A DNA stretch of 64,000 bases from Eledone cirrhosa. Its lineage: Eukaryota. A program made the translations under genes and the position numbers. The notes beneath the pieces were generated by a model. That model was not told the DNA's origin, made no database searches, and saw only the letters and a program-made list of their open reading frames with translations. Below are positions 11,372 through 23,958 of this stretch, piece by piece (position 1 is the stretch's first letter; the number at the start of each line of letters is the position of its first letter). The stretch is from assembly GCA_964016885.1 (NCBI GenBank), contig OZ024760.1, forward strand, positions 27,838,001 to 27,902,000, in the 5' to 3' direction.

Positions 11372-13426
11372 CTAAGGCGGGTAAAATTCCCGAGATCCAT
11401 GGACGAGTTCTCTCCAGCGGTCTCTGTCCCTCATTATCGCTGCCATATCCTGCATCTCCAACAGACCAGTGTCTGTCCTTAGGGCATCAACATATGTTAA
11501 CCTTGGTCTTCCTCTTCTAGTGTGTCCATGTAGGGGCTCCCAAAGGAGCACTGAGTGCAATGTCAACTCTGGATGTCGGTGAGCATGTCCAGCCAACCTC
11601 AGTCTCCTCTGTGTCACTTTTGAGCTGACTTTTGGGATGCTCCCATACAGCTCTGAGTTTTTCATCCTCAGTGTATACTGATTAATGTTCAGAGCCATCC
11701 TCAGCATTCTCGTGTAGCACCCATCCACCATCTGAGTGAGTCTCTTGGTCAGTGTCCAAGTCTCAGACCCATACAGCAGCACAGACTCCACTACAGCAAT
11801 GAAGAGGCGGATTTTCAGGTCTCTACGAAGGTCCGACTTCCACACCGATCTCAAGCTGTGACACGCCGCCCAGGCCTTGCTCTTCCTCCCAACCACATCA
11901 TCTTCCGTATTCCCAATCTTTGCTCCCAAATACAGGAAGTCCTCAACCAATTCCAGCGGCTTCCCGCCTACATTAGTGATCCCCTCTGGCTTCTCAACAT
12001 TCTCCACCAGATATTTTGTTTTAGTCTCATTCATTCTCAGCCCCACACTCATCGACACAGTCTCAACCTCCCGCATCAAATCCTCTGCCTCCTTCACTGT
12101 ATTTGTCACCAAAACTATGTCGTCGGCAAATTCAGCATCCGATACCTTTTTCGCCCCAACTCTCCTGCTCTGAGCCGGTGCTACAGTAAAGCCAGTGTCC
12201 TGGTATTTCTCCAGTGCAAGGCGCATACAATAGTCCACTACGATGATAAAAAGGTAGGGAGCCAATGTATCTCCCTGGAGCACTCCAGCCAGTATCTCAA
12301 AGAACTCTGTCATCCCATCAGGTGTAATGACTTGGGCTTTGGTGTTGGTGTAGAGCAGTGATATCAGGTCCACTATCCTCTTGGGGATTCCATAAGCCTG
12401 TAAGATCTTCATCAGGCAGTAACGGTCCACAGAATCAAAGGCCTTCCTAAAGTCAATGAAAACCATGACCGCAGGAAGGCACTTTGCTCTAGCTCCCTCT
12501 AATATCCTCCTCAGCATCAGGATGTGACTGGTGGTTGATCTACCCTCTCTGAAGCCGTTCTGGTTGTCCCTGAGCTTCTTCTCCATCTCAGGCTGGATCC
12601 TGTTAAGAATCATCCTGTTGAGGGTCTTTGCCACAAGTGACGTCAGTGAGATCCCCCGGTAGTTGTTGGTGTTAGAGAGATCTCCCTTCTTTGGCACTGG
12701 GACGATGTTACTGATCCTCCACTGATTCGGGGCAACTCCTTTCTCCAGTGCCCCGTTACAGAACCCCAGGATGATATCATCAAAATCACACCTCTTCATC
12801 ACCTCTGATGCCACTCCATCCTCTCCATGAGCCTTGCCCTCCTTAATCTTCTTCTTGGCTCTCTGAAGCTCCTCTCTGGTGAAGGGCTCTGTCTCAACAT
12901 CCAGTTCCTCAAACAGCCGCCTGATCTCCCCACTGCTCTGGGTTGTGGAGGGTGGCTCTCCTAGTAGGGTCCTAAAATGGTCTAGCCATTTCCTCTTCCT
13001 ATCCTCGGGCCCCGTTCCCTGGATCTGACTCGAACACCTTTTCTTCCTCCCTGTGATCTCGTTGATGATCATCCAGCTCTCCCTACATCCAGATCTGTCA
13101 ACCGCTCTCTCCACACTTCTGATCTTCTCTATCAGTGCCTCCTCTCTGACCTCAGTGTAAGCGGTACAGAGCTCTTCCCTCATCACCTCCATAGTCTCCA
13201 TCCTCTCCTCCGTAGGATCAGCATAGAATTGGTCCCTGGCAGCTTTCAGGTGTTCTCTGGCTGCACACACTTTTGGGTTTGCAAAGCTGACGTGCTTCCC
13301 TTTGTTCTTTTTCCTCGGCACCAGGGTTTCACTTGCTTCCGCCACTGCATTGGTGAAGTGCCCGTACCTCCTCGTCACACTCTCCCCAGTCCATCCAATC
13401 TCTCTCTCTCCTCTGACTCTCCACAC
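11372..13426 (-). CDS. RTE-clade LINE reverse transcriptase (C-terminal part of a single APE-RT ORF)
   Basis: RT motifs NYRGISL, QNGFREGRST, FIDFRKAFDSV, GVLQGDTLAPYLF, FADD, FLYLG, LLYGSETW. Confidence 0.95.
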   Translation of the reverse strand: MWRVRGEREIGWTGESVTRRYGHFTNAVAEASETLVPRKKNKGKHVSFANPKVCAAREHLKAARDQFYADPTEERMETMEVMREELCTAYTEVREEALIEKIRSVERAVDRSGCRESWMIINEITGRKKRCSSQIQGTGPEDRKRKWLDHFRTLLGEPPSTTQSSGEIRRLFEELDVETEPFTREELQRAKKKIKEGKAHGEDGVASEVMKRCDFDDIILGFCNGALEKGVAPNQWRISNIVPVPKKGDLSNTNNYRGISLTSLVAKTLNRMILNRIQPEMEKKLRDNQNGFREGRSTTSHILMLRRILEGARAKCLPAVMVFIDFRKAFDSVDRYCLMKILQAYGIPKRIVDLISLLYTNTKAQVITPDGMTEFFEILAGVLQGDTLAPYLFIIVVDYCMRLALEKYQDTGFTVAPAQSRRVGAKKVSDAEFADDIVLVTNTVKEAEDLMREVETVSMSVGLRMNETKTKYLVENVEKPEGITNVGGKPLELVEDFLYLGAKIGNTEDDVVGRKSKAWAACHSLRSVWKSDLRRDLKIRLFIAVVESVLLYGSETWTLTKRLTQMVDGCYTRMLRMALNINQYTLRMKNSELYGSIPKVSSKVTQRRLRLAGHAHRHPELTLHSVLLWEPLHGHTRRGRPRLTYVDALRTDTGLLEMQDMAAIMRDRDRWRELVHGSREFYPP

Positions 13427-14508
13427 AGAGCACTAAACCTGTTTCTCACTTCCACTGTGAACCTCTCCTGTAGCTTATCATCTTCCTTGAAAGCTCCCCA
13501 GTCATAGATTGTTCTCCGGGGCTGAGCCTTGCTCTTTCTTAAGCTCACGCGGACCTCACTAATAACAAGCCGGTGGTCACTACCCAGTGTACTGAAATAG
13601 CTGTATGGTTCCGTGTTCAGAACACTATTCCGCCACTTTTTCCTCACCAGAATGAAATCAATCTGGGACTTGGACAGGTGCATATCTGAGATGTAGGTCA
13701 ACATCTTCCCCAGATTCTTCCTAAACCTTAGGTTGGTTGCCATCAAGTTCGCCTCCAGCAGGGTGTCTCTCAGTAGTCTTCCATTTCGGTTGGTGTTGTT
13801 ATGGAAGTACCAGCAAGGATCTTCACTGCCCTCCTTACTCAGATGTGCATTGAAGTCCCCCAAAACAAGCAGGATATTGTGTGCCTGAGTGGTGTTGACA
13901 GCCCCACACACCTCCTCATGGAACTCCTCGGCATTCACATCACTGTCCCCCTCGGTTGGACTATAGGCTGAGATGACTGTCAGTCTTGGGTTTCCATTGA
14001 AGGTCACCCTCAACACTCGCGGGGAGATAGGCATTATTTCCCTCACCAACAGATTGGTTTTTGCACTGAACACAAAACCCACTCCTCCTACTGCAGCATT
14101 TGTTGTGTTCTTCACTGCCGATGTAGTGATGAGCTGGCTCTTCCTCCCGATCATCACACTCCTCACGGGCTCATCGTGTAGGATCCTGTGTTCTTGGATC
14201 GCAAGTGTCTGTATACCATTCTCCTCGAACAGATGTCCCAACTCCTCTCTCCTCTCCAGCGTTCGAATAGTCCTCACATTCAAAGTGCCCATTTTGATGG
14301 CTCTTCTGCAGGACAAAACTGCATTCTTTATATTTGTCTCAGAGACAGCTGATCCATCATCAACTGGCCCTCTCTGTGGCTCTAAGCCAGCAGAGTCATA
14401 ACGACCAGGCTGCTCCTTGACAGTGTAATTAAGGGCTCTAACCCTAGTGCTGTTAGATCGACTCTCCATATTTCTTTTCAATGGCTGACAATACCTTACC
14501 GGCGCCAC
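13375..14508 (-). CDS. RTE-clade LINE apurinic-type endonuclease (N-terminal part)
   Basis: Motifs GTLNVRT, LAIQEHR, GGVGF, SAYSPT, LGDFNAH, QIDFIL, SDHRLV; joins the RT ORF across a 2-nt slip at ~13400-13412. Confidence 0.95.
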   Translation of the reverse strand: MAPVRYCQPLKRNMESRSNSTRVRALNYTVKEQPGRYDSAGLEPQRGPVDDGSAVSETNIKNAVLSCRRAIKMGTLNVRTIRTLERREELGHLFEENGIQTLAIQEHRILHDEPVRSVMIGRKSQLITTSAVKNTTNAAVGGVGFVFSAKTNLLVREIMPISPRVLRVTFNGNPRLTVISAYSPTEGDSDVNAEEFHEEVCGAVNTTQAHNILLVLGDFNAHLSKEGSEDPCWYFHNNTNRNGRLLRDTLLEANLMATNLRFRKNLGKMLTYISDMHLSKSQIDFILVRKKWRNSVLNTEPYSYFSTLGSDHRLVISEVRVSLRKSKAQPRRTIYDWGAFKEDDKLQERFTVEVRNRFSALCGESEERERLDGLGRV

Positions 14509-14685
14509 TCGAATAAGGTAGTTATTTAACCCATAAATGGAGCCCTAACAGGTACTACCACCCCGGGCCAGGGCAGACCTGGGAGTCATGACAACTAAGG
14601 GGTAACTCCACATTCCCCACATCTCCTGAACTCCCGAACTGGAGCCTTGCCACTGGATATAGTTTAATGTCATACCCAGGACATA

Positions 14686-15462
<777 letters not shown>

Positions 15463-16066
15463 GGTGGCTGCCAACTCGTTTTCGAGTACGGCCACTACTT
15501 TATATCCATGTAGGAGAACCCCTACCGATGCGCTGAACGAGTGACTTTTTAGTCCAGCCAGCGACTTGAAAACTCTGGTACAAACACTACACTTGTGACA
15601 ATTACTGACACATAGTGCTGGGCCCATGGTACCATGTGACGACAAATGCAGAGAGATCTCCAGATATAAAGCAATGCCTGTGCCGTGAAGCTTTTATAGT
15701 GAGCAAAGGCACTGCACAAAGCCAGTCCCACTCTCTTAACCAAGATGATATTTACCAAAAAGAAGAACAAGTCAACATCATTGGATACCATCAGGGTTGC
15801 AGGTGTTATATCAGAGTTTTCCTTCTCCTAGAATTCTGCCTTGACAAAGGCTAAGGGGTCATCTCTCCCGGTGATTTTGGATGGCCATTGACTCTTAAGA
15901 GCTCCTTTGCCCTTTGACAGGTTTTGTTTTTAGTCCTGCAGGATGTCCAAAGTCACCCTCCTCACCAAGAAACCTTGGTGGGGTTGCCAGTTTAGTCGCC
16001 AACGACCCGACCATGGGACAGGTTGTACTGGGATACATGTTACCAGTAGCACCAACTGGTGACCTG
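15463..16066 (-). mobile_element. ~600-bp non-autonomous retroposon ending in an RTE-like C2H2 tail. Copies at 28676-29260(+) and 38465-38986(+); sister family at ~29480-29892
   Basis: Three near-identical copies; 3' end translates [17 protein letters not shown], resembling the zinc finger at RTE ORF ends; flanked by (TA)n. Confidence 0.8.
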
Positions 16067-16068
16067 AC

Positions 16069-16367
<299 letters not shown>

Positions 16368-16670
16368 CTCTCACACACAAGCATACATACATACATACAC
16401 ATATATATATATAAGAGAGTGTTGAAGTTTGCATGAAGCATTTGTTGAGATGTGTGGCTGAGTGGTTAGAGAATTGGATTTGCAATTGTGAGGTTGTGAG
16501 TTCGATTCCTGGACCAGGCGATGTGTTATGTCCTTGAGCAAGACACTTTATTTAACGTTGCTCCTTCTACCTGGAGTTGCGACCAATAGGTAGTATTAGC
16601 AATTAAAAAGACCAACGTAAACATTGTTTCCGTGGTCCGATTTGACGAAAGTTGATTGAGTGTCTCTCTT

Positions 16671-16706
<36 letters not shown>

Positions 16707-17067
16707 CATATATATATAAATTCCAAGCTTGCACACTTGCACCACTCTAAGACAATGTAACTGGATCGAGATCTTTGGCGCCATGCAGTAATGCAGTACA
16801 CCCGCCCTCCCTATGTGCAAAGTTAAACATCAGTCAGTAGGCCTCACCAAACCAAGCATACACGCCAACCCACTACCCCTACTCCACCCTTCCACTCCCG
16901 CCAACACCACCCTTTCTCTATAAAGTTATGTTGGTACCACAACATTCAGTTCAAACTAATTGTGTAGGTGTCACGACAAAAAAAAAAGAAAAAAAAAGGG
17001 GAGAGAGAAAAAAAAAAGAAAGAGAGAAAGAGAAAAAGAAGGAAGAGAAAAAAACAACACAGGCCAT

Positions 17068-17312
17068 ACTGTAATGTGGTCATGTAGGAGACACAGTAAA
17101 AAGGCTCCCAGTACACACTGTAATGTGGTCATGTAGGAGACACAGTAAAAAGGCTCCCAGTCCACACTGTAATGTGGTCATGTAGGAGACACAGTAAAAA
17201 GGCTCCCAGTCCACACTGTAATGTGGTCATGTAGGAGACACAGTAAAAAGGCTCCCAGTCCACACTGTAATGTGGTCATGTAGGAGACAGTAAAAAGGCT
17301 CCCAGTCCATAC
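17068..17312. repeat. 49-bp x5 tandem repeat inside a SINE/RTE 3' UTR
   Basis: actgtaatgtggtcatgtaggagacacagtaaaaaggctcccagtccac; starts at 17068, 17117 and onward. Confidence 0.92.
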
Positions 17313-17525
17313 TGTAAATGTGGTTGGTGTTAGGAAGGGCATCCGGCCATAGAAAACCTGCCAGATAGTCCTATACGAGCGAGAAACGGTCATCTGACCA
17401 ATCTTACCTCAAATGGGACAACTCCCGTCTAACCCATGCTAATGTGGAAGATAGACATTAAATGATGATGATGATGATGATGATGATGATATATATATAA
17501 ATGTAATGCTATCTCCTTTATTCAG

Positions 17526-17632
17526 GGGATGTAAAAACGACCAAGACTCCTCTTACGCCTTTCCTTGCCATTGGAAAATTAAAGGATAATATTATTGCTG
17601 GTTATTTCGTTATTACTATGAAGGAAACTACT
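17526..17632 (+). CDS. Exon C (G-DVKTTKTPLTPFLAIGKLKDNIIAGYFVITMKETT)
   Basis: ctttattcag acceptor, ACT|gtgagt donor, 107 nt, phase 1-0. Confidence 0.85.
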
Positions 17633-17751
17633 GTGAGTACCTGTAATATATGTAGATGTTGTTACTGTTGTTTGACTGCAGGTTGACCCCAAACACTGCT
17701 ACGACATTCCTTTAACTTTCCTCGGATATTGTGTATGTGTTGGTGCGTGAG

Positions 17752-17810
<59 letters not shown>

Positions 17811-18040
17811 ATATAAGATCAAAAGATGGTTAAAAGAGTTCCAAGTATTTTATTATGCGCATTTCAAAAACAAATGTCATCATGGGATGATATCTGCGTT
17901 CTCATCAAATAAAATAGGGATACATGATATGAAGGTTAAAAAACACTTGTGAATAGTGAAGTTTTAAATCAACATATCAATATGTTGATTTAAAACTTCA
18001 CTATTCACAAGTGTTTTTTAACCTTCATATCATGTATCCC

Positions 18041-18108
18041 TATTTTATCTGACGAAAACGCAAATGTCATCTCATGATATTTGTTTTTGAAATACGCATA
18101 ATAAAATA
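18041..18108 (+). ncRNA. Hammerhead motif, family A, in palindrome 17805-18148 (mirror copy has TTGATGA)
   Basis: tattttat-CTGACGA-aaac..gttttt-GAAA-tacgca-TA-ataaaata. Confidence 0.7.
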
Positions 18109-18215
18109 CTTGGAACTCTTTTAACCATCTTTTGATCTTATATTATTTATACTCCAGTCCTACAAACTGTAGAGTGCTACTTATCCGATATTTGCATTGC
18201 TTTATTGTGCTACAA

Positions 18216-18276
18216 TTTATACATATTTCAGAGGTACTGAGCTAACTTCAACAGTACATCCTCATCAGATGAAATA
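18216..18276 (-). ncRNA. Hammerhead motif (family B-like), stem I' truncated
   Basis: Reverse strand: ttcat-CTGATGA-ggatgtactg..cagtacctct-GAAA-tatgta-TA. Confidence 0.5.
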
Positions 18277-18377
18277 AGATGATGCATGACATTGAGTGCT
18301 TCCAATCTATTGTAAAACTAATTCTTTGATTTTTTTTATTCATTCTTTGATTTATTCATTGAACCTTGTTTAACCTT

Positions 18378-18430
<53 letters not shown>

Positions 18431-18459
18431 GTAATATATATATATAGATGTGTGTGTGA

Positions 18460-18539
<80 letters not shown>

Positions 18540-18557
18540 TATATATATATATATATA

Positions 18558-18599
<42 letters not shown>

Positions 18600-18634
18600 T
18601 ATATATATATATAGATGTGTGTGTGAGTGCGTGA

Positions 18635-18671
<37 letters not shown>

Positions 18672-18744
18672 ATATATATATATATATATATAGATGTGTG
18701 TGTGTGTACCATACAGATACAAGGATATAAGTAATATACTCTGT

Positions 18745-19089
18745 ATGTTTCTGTTACAGACTGCCACATGTTTATATCACATACCGCCACATGTTTGTAC
18801 CACAGACGGCCACATGTTTATACCACAAACCACTGCATGTTTCTACCACATGCTGCTACATGTTCCTATCGCAGACTGGTACATGTTTCTGTTACAAACC
18901 GCTACATGTTTCTACCACATACAGCTACATGTTCATATCACAGACTGCTACATGTTCATATTACATACCACTGCATGCTTTTATCACAGACCGCTACATG
19001 TTTATATCACAGGCTGCCACATGTTTCTACCACAAACTGCTACCTGTTTATATCACAGACTACTACATGTTTCTATTACAGATCGCTAC
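18745..19089 (+). repeat. 23-bp degenerate minisatellite, ~15 units, whose last unit contains the exon D splice acceptor
   Basis: Consensus ATGTTTCTAYCACAGACYGCTAC; final unit atgtttctattacag|atcgctac. Confidence 0.85.
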
Positions 19090-19151
19090 ATTCAAAGCTA
19101 TCTCGATGATAGAGGATGTAAGAGACACAGACACAGCAGACCTTCAAATGG
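19082..19151 (+). CDS. Exon D (IATFKAISMIEDVRDTDTADLQM)
   Basis: tttctattacag acceptor, G|gtaaga donor, 70 nt, phase 0-1; restores frame between exons C and E. Confidence 0.82.
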
Positions 19152-19210
19152 GTAAGAAGAAGAAATTCACAGGTCATTAAGGTGCCCTGTTGGATAAAAT
19201 ACTCCTATAT

Positions 19211-19400
19211 ATTAACCCTTTCATTACCATATTTCTAATGAAAGACACTGTCTATGTCATTAACCCTTTCATTATCATATTTCTAAGGAAAGACACTGCC
19301 TACGTCATTAACCCTTTCATTACCATATTTCTAATGAAAGACACTGTCTATGTCATTAACCCTTTCTTTACCATATTTCTAATGAATGACACTGTCTATG
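19211..19400. repeat. 48-bp x4 tandem repeat
   Basis: attaaccctttcattaccatatttctaatgaaagacactgtctatgtc. Confidence 0.9.
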
Positions 19401-19640
19401 ATTTTCAAACAACTTTTGGCTGTGTCTATAGGCCTGAGTGTTTAGAGATTGGTCTTCTGCAGCAACTAAGTGTCCCTCAATCTCTGCTTTCAAACCACCA
19501 CTTCTGGGCCAGGATAGTGAGCCATGCTGATCGATATCATTGTCAGAAAGTTGTTCTGGGAATCTACCATGTAGTGGTTTTGCTTTCCATTCACAGTCCA
19601 TAGTTCATCTCTTGTTGATTTTCTATGGGTCTCGTTCCAT
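19400..19640 (-). pseudogene. Fragment of an R4/Dong-like LINE ORF
   Basis: WKAKPLHGRF...SLSW...GGLKAEIEGHLVAAEDQSLNT resembles the post-RT segment of R4-clade elements (from memory). Confidence 0.65.
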
Positions 19641-20324
19641 ATTCAGTTTTTTTGGCCTCATCTATAATAAAACATTTTAGTTTTGTTTTACTATTGTTAA
19701 AATTTGTTTACATGCAATACCCATACACCAACACACACACAAACACACACACATGCACACACCAACACACACACATACACACAGCAACACACATACACAT
19801 ACACACACCAACACACACACATATACACATACACACACCAACACACACATACACACAACAACTCACACACATACACACACACATACACACACCAACACAC
19901 ACACATATACACATACACACACCAACACACACACATACACACAACAACTCACACACATACACACACACATACACACACCAACACGCACACATATACACAT
20001 ACACACACCAACACACACACATACACACACAACAACATACACAGTCACATACACACACTCTCTCTGTTCGTCCCTTACTGTCATAATGTTTTTCTTAATG
20101 TAAACCCTTTGAGGTTAATATAAAAAAAATATTATTATTTTTATTATCATTATCAGTAGAGGGTCGGACGCCATCTGAGTTCAAATCCCGCCGAGGTTGA
20201 CTTTGCCTTTCATCCTTATGGGGTCAATAAAATAAAGTACCAGTAATGCACTGGGGTAATTGCTGGCCTTGTGCCAAAAGTAGAAACAATTATTATTATT
20301 ATTATTATTATTTTTGTTTTGCAG

Positions 20325-20564
20325 CAAACAATCTGAAGAAATTTTCCATTTCTAAAAGAGAATCCAATATTATCAAATCCAAGGTGGTGGATACATTTAA
20401 GAAGATGGCAGTTGATGACTGTGCAAACCTCTGTCTGGCGCTTGAAGAAAAATGTAATGGTTTCGGTTTTTGTTTGAACCAAGGGTTTTGCTACCTGACT
20501 GAGGAACACCCAGACACCCACCCTACTAATCTGGAGAACCACAAAGGATGTCTTGTCTACAACA
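20325..20564 (+). CDS. Exon E, PAN/apple-like domain 1
   Basis: ttttgcag acceptor, A|gtaagt donor, 240 nt, phase 1-1; DDCANLC..KCNGFGFC..GFCYL..GCLVY. Confidence 0.92.
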
Positions 20565-21951
20565 GTAAGTTCATTTTGTTACCTACTTTCACGTGTAAAA
20601 CAATACTTCTTTATTTTACAACTTCCTTAATCATTGTTTCCACTTACTTAATAATGGCATCTGATCTAGGCACAAGGCCAACATTTTGCTGGGATGAGAA
20701 AGTTGATTAAATCAACCCAGTATATTACTGGTACCTTATTTTATCGAAACCACCTATATATTCCTTTCTTTGAGCTATTTAATTGTAAAAGACTATTTTG
20801 AGTTTATAACACAATATTTGATATTCACGGCCACATAAAACTGACTGCTATTTTTAGCGGCATGGATATGAGACGAGTTAGGCGCTGGGACACGTGCGTT
20901 CAACAACACATGTTTCTCAGTCTCCTTAAGTATTTTGAAGTGGAAGGTGTCCAATTTCTGGATACCTGCAGAAGAGCACAGGAATAGTAACTTTCACTTA
21001 ATTGTTGCGAAACAAATTTTTAAATTTGTCAAACAGATTTAAAGTTTGTCCAGGTATCACGGCCATTGCCAATATAGGTTTGTTATTTTTTATTGATTTA
21101 TTATTTTAAATCGAGACAGGCAAATCATATTCTGTTAAATTAGTATTTTTTCAACCTAGCTAACTTGGTCATTTGCAATCCGAACACTTCTATAATTGTA
21201 TAGATATTCATCCCTCATATATTCATTTGTGTATATATATATATATGCAAAAGTTATATTTAATTTGTTGGGATTCAACAAGCTTAAAATTTTTTTTATT
21301 AATATATTGTATATATATATATATATATATATATGTAAAGAGTCAGGAGCTAGATCCAAACTGTTCGGATCTAGCTGTTGAAATGGCCGGAACTCAGCCA
21401 TCGGGGTCCTCACTCTTTTCCTCTAAATATATATATCATCATCATTATTTTACATCCATTAGGGCAGTGGATTGGCAGTATCAGTAGAGGGTCGGACGCC
21501 ATGCTTTCCAGCATAGTTACGTTCCTTTGCGGTCTGAGTTCAAATCCCGCCGAGGTGAACTTTGCCTTTCATCCTTACGGGGTCGATAAAATAAAGTACC
21601 AGTAATGTACTGGGTAATTGATGGCCTTGTGCCAAAAGTAGAAACAATTATTTTACATCCACTTTTCCCTGCTTGCAAGGGTGGGACGGGAACTGATTCT
21701 GGCTTGATTTCTACAGCTGGATGCCCTTCCTAACACAAACCTCATTTACAGTGTGGGCTGGGTGCTTTTTTGCCGTAGCACCTCCACGACCACTTTACAG
21801 TGGAATGATAGGGACCCCAGTCCCTATCATCTCATTTCTACAGCTGAGTAAACTGGAGCAATGTGAAATAAAGTGTCTTGCTCAAGGAAACAACACATCA
21901 CCCGGTCTGAGAATTGAACCCACAATGCTCTAACCACTAGGCCATGTGCCT

Positions 21952-22011
<60 letters not shown>

Positions 22012-22070
22012 TATAAATAAATATATAAATAATAACAGGTTGACATCATAAAAAGTTAATTTATCCCGTG

Positions 22071-22182
22071 TGCTTACAAATGTTTCCACGGTGGTACTAC
22101 AGCCTAGTTATGCTACGTGCAAATTTACAAGTATTTGCAGAACTCAAATATCCAATGCTGTGACCACTGTATCCTCAGAGCA
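22071..22182 (-). ncRNA. Hammerhead with ~85-nt stem II domain in the PLE pseudo-LTR (mirror 24165-24276 on +)
   Basis: tgct-CTGAGGA-tacagtggt...accaccgtg-GAAA-catttg-TA-agca. Confidence 0.65.
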
Positions 22183-22664
22183 GAATGGTAAAATGTACAA
22201 TGTAAATACCCTTAAATGGGGTTGTTGGGGAAGATAGAGTAGAAAAGGAAGAGAGAAAAGTAGGGGAGAGGGAGAGAGAGAAAGATGTGCAGGGGTTGGA
22301 GATGTAGGAGAGAGTGGTTTGTAGATATCTTAATCAAAATGTTATGGTAGGAGTTTTATTATACTGGTTACTTTTGGAGAGATGCGTGGATAGTTAAGGT
22401 CGGAATTATTTATTGCCCCAGAGGGCTGATTCATAGATGTGGAGAGGGAGGTAGGCCAAAGGCGAGAGAGTGTAATGGATGTAGAGAGAGAGGTAGAGAG
22501 GGGACAGACGAAGTTTATGTGGTGAGTGAACTTTGGGTTTGTAGTAGTAATTTGTGAATTGCACTGAGTTACCATTTATAGTGATAAGCAGTGTATTGTC
22601 TTGTAGTGTGGGGGAAGAGAAGGTAGTTAGCTAGAAAGCGATGTTATAGTTACGGGTTCGAATG

Positions 22665-23060
22665 TTAAGTTATTTTATAGTGAGAGAATTTAGCTTTTAG
22701 TTTGTGGTTGCAGTATAATGATCGTTCAATTCTATCGTTAAGTAGTTTGTTTTGGGATTTTAATATGTAAAAGAGTTCAAGGTTACATAACCTGCAGTAC
22801 TTCAATCCACTCCGATATGCACTTGCGCTGGAAAGTATATCCCATTTTAAGGTGAACTGTTGGTTGCGTTCACGGAGTTGCCAGGTCTTGTTGGCGAGCG
22901 TGGTCACAAAACGGTGATTAGGATGTTTGATTGAGAATCGATGACGGTACCAGCGAGATTTAAACGAGGTGGTGGTAGATCCGATATAATACCATTTCTG
23001 GTCGTTCGATTCAACCGTGCATTGGTTAACAATGTTGGACTTTAGGCATTCATTCTTCGT
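22665..23060 (-). CDS. PLE GIY-YIG endonuclease, frameshifted relative to the RT
   Basis: CLKSNIV..YYIGST..FKSRWYRH..CRLCNLE..LLNDRIE..CNHK; the CxxC and terminal CxH pattern resembles Naiad/Chlamys-type endonucleases. Confidence 0.8.
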   Translation of the reverse strand, partial: TKNECLKSNIVNQCTVESNDQKWYYIGSTTTSFKSRWYRHRFSIKHPNHRFVTTLANKTWQLRERNQQFTLKWDILSSASAYRSGLKYCRLCNLELFYILKSQNKLLNDRIERSLYCNHKLKAKFSHYKIT

Positions 23061-23958
23061 TGTGGGTAGCGGGTATACCATGGATAGGTTGTGATAGCGG
23101 TACAAGTGGATTGTGTAATACCCGTCTCCCATTTAGTGGTTGGGAGGCAGATATTACGTTCTGCCCATCTGTTACTAAAATGTTTTGTTTTGTAGAGTTG
23201 TTTAATTGCCATAAGTTAAGTTTTTTTATGTATGCTTCAAGGTTTGGTGCCGTGGAGTATGATAGTCTAATAGTTTTAGAGTTCAGAATTTTGCTGTATT
23301 TATGGGAACTAGGGAAATGTTTGTTGATTAACTTAAAGAATGAAAGAGATAGTTTTGTACTAATCGAGGCATTAAAAATAGGATTGTACCAGATATACTT
23401 TCTACAACATGATTTATTTGGTGGTGATTTTCTATTAGTATGTCTGGTGGTACTGTGTGTGTGCGCTTGTATTTTAGTCCCCCGGTTACGTATTCCTTGA
23501 TTTCGTGTAGAGCTATGTGTGTTATGAAAATTCCTATCAATGTATTCTATTGTATCCAGGTGGTCAGCCTTCCTTAATGCATTATTATAGTATTCAGCGT
23601 GTTCACTAAAAATATCAGAGTTAGACGATAGACGAGAGATTCTAAGAGAAATACTCCGGGGAACTGATTTGATCATGGAGAGTGGGTGGTTAGAGTTAAA
23701 GTCAATATACGTAAGGTTCTCATTCATCTTGTAGAAGGGTCGTATCTGTCCGGTATTTAAATTAAGAGTTACGTCCAGAAAGTTTACTACTTTAAGATTG
23801 TATTCGTATGTTATTTTTAGACCCAGTTCACTAAAAGATTTTCTAATATTTTCCCGTAGCCTTTCAAGATTTTGGTTATTCAAGTTATTAACTAATAAGA
23901 GCCCGTCATCTCTGTATATCCCCCCCTGTAGATTACTAAATTTACTATGTAATATCAA
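23050..23958 (-). CDS. PLE reverse transcriptase C-terminal half plus thumb and linker
   Basis: IYRDDGL, LGLKIT, VNFLDVTLNL, YIDFNSNHP, RISRLSS, IWYNP. Confidence 0.88.
   Translation of the reverse strand: MILHSKFSNLQGGIYRDDGLLLVNNLNNQNLERLRENIRKSFSELGLKITYEYNLKVVNFLDVTLNLNTGQIRPFYKMNENLTYIDFNSNHPLSMIKSVPRSISLRISRLSSNSDIFSEHAEYYNNALRKADHLDTIEYIDRNFHNTHSSTRNQGIRNRGTKIQAHTHSTTRHTNRKSPPNKSCCRKYIWYNPIFNASISTKLSLSFFKLINKHFPSSHKYSKILNSKTIRLSYSTAPNLEAYIKKLNLWQLNNSTKQNILVTDGQNVISASQPLNGRRVLHNPLVPLSQPIHGIPATHNEE

Larger units (their letters stand above)
11365..14685 (-). mobile_element. Nearly full-length RTE LINE (~3.3 kb) inserted in (TA)n
   Basis: ~170-nt 5' UTR, APE plus RT, stop codon immediately followed by a (TAGA)n tail; (TA)n on both flanks. 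Confidence 0.92.

Noticed and set aside
15549-15854. Recurrent ~80-aa ORFs (also 28866-29171, 38595-38900)
   Set aside because: Identical only because they lie in copies of one non-coding retroposon.
23040-23075. TGA ending the PLE RT ORF as a selenocysteine codon (reported for some Naiad PLEs)
   Set aside because: The endonuclease continues in a different frame, so read-through would not join them; better explained by a deletion or frameshift.
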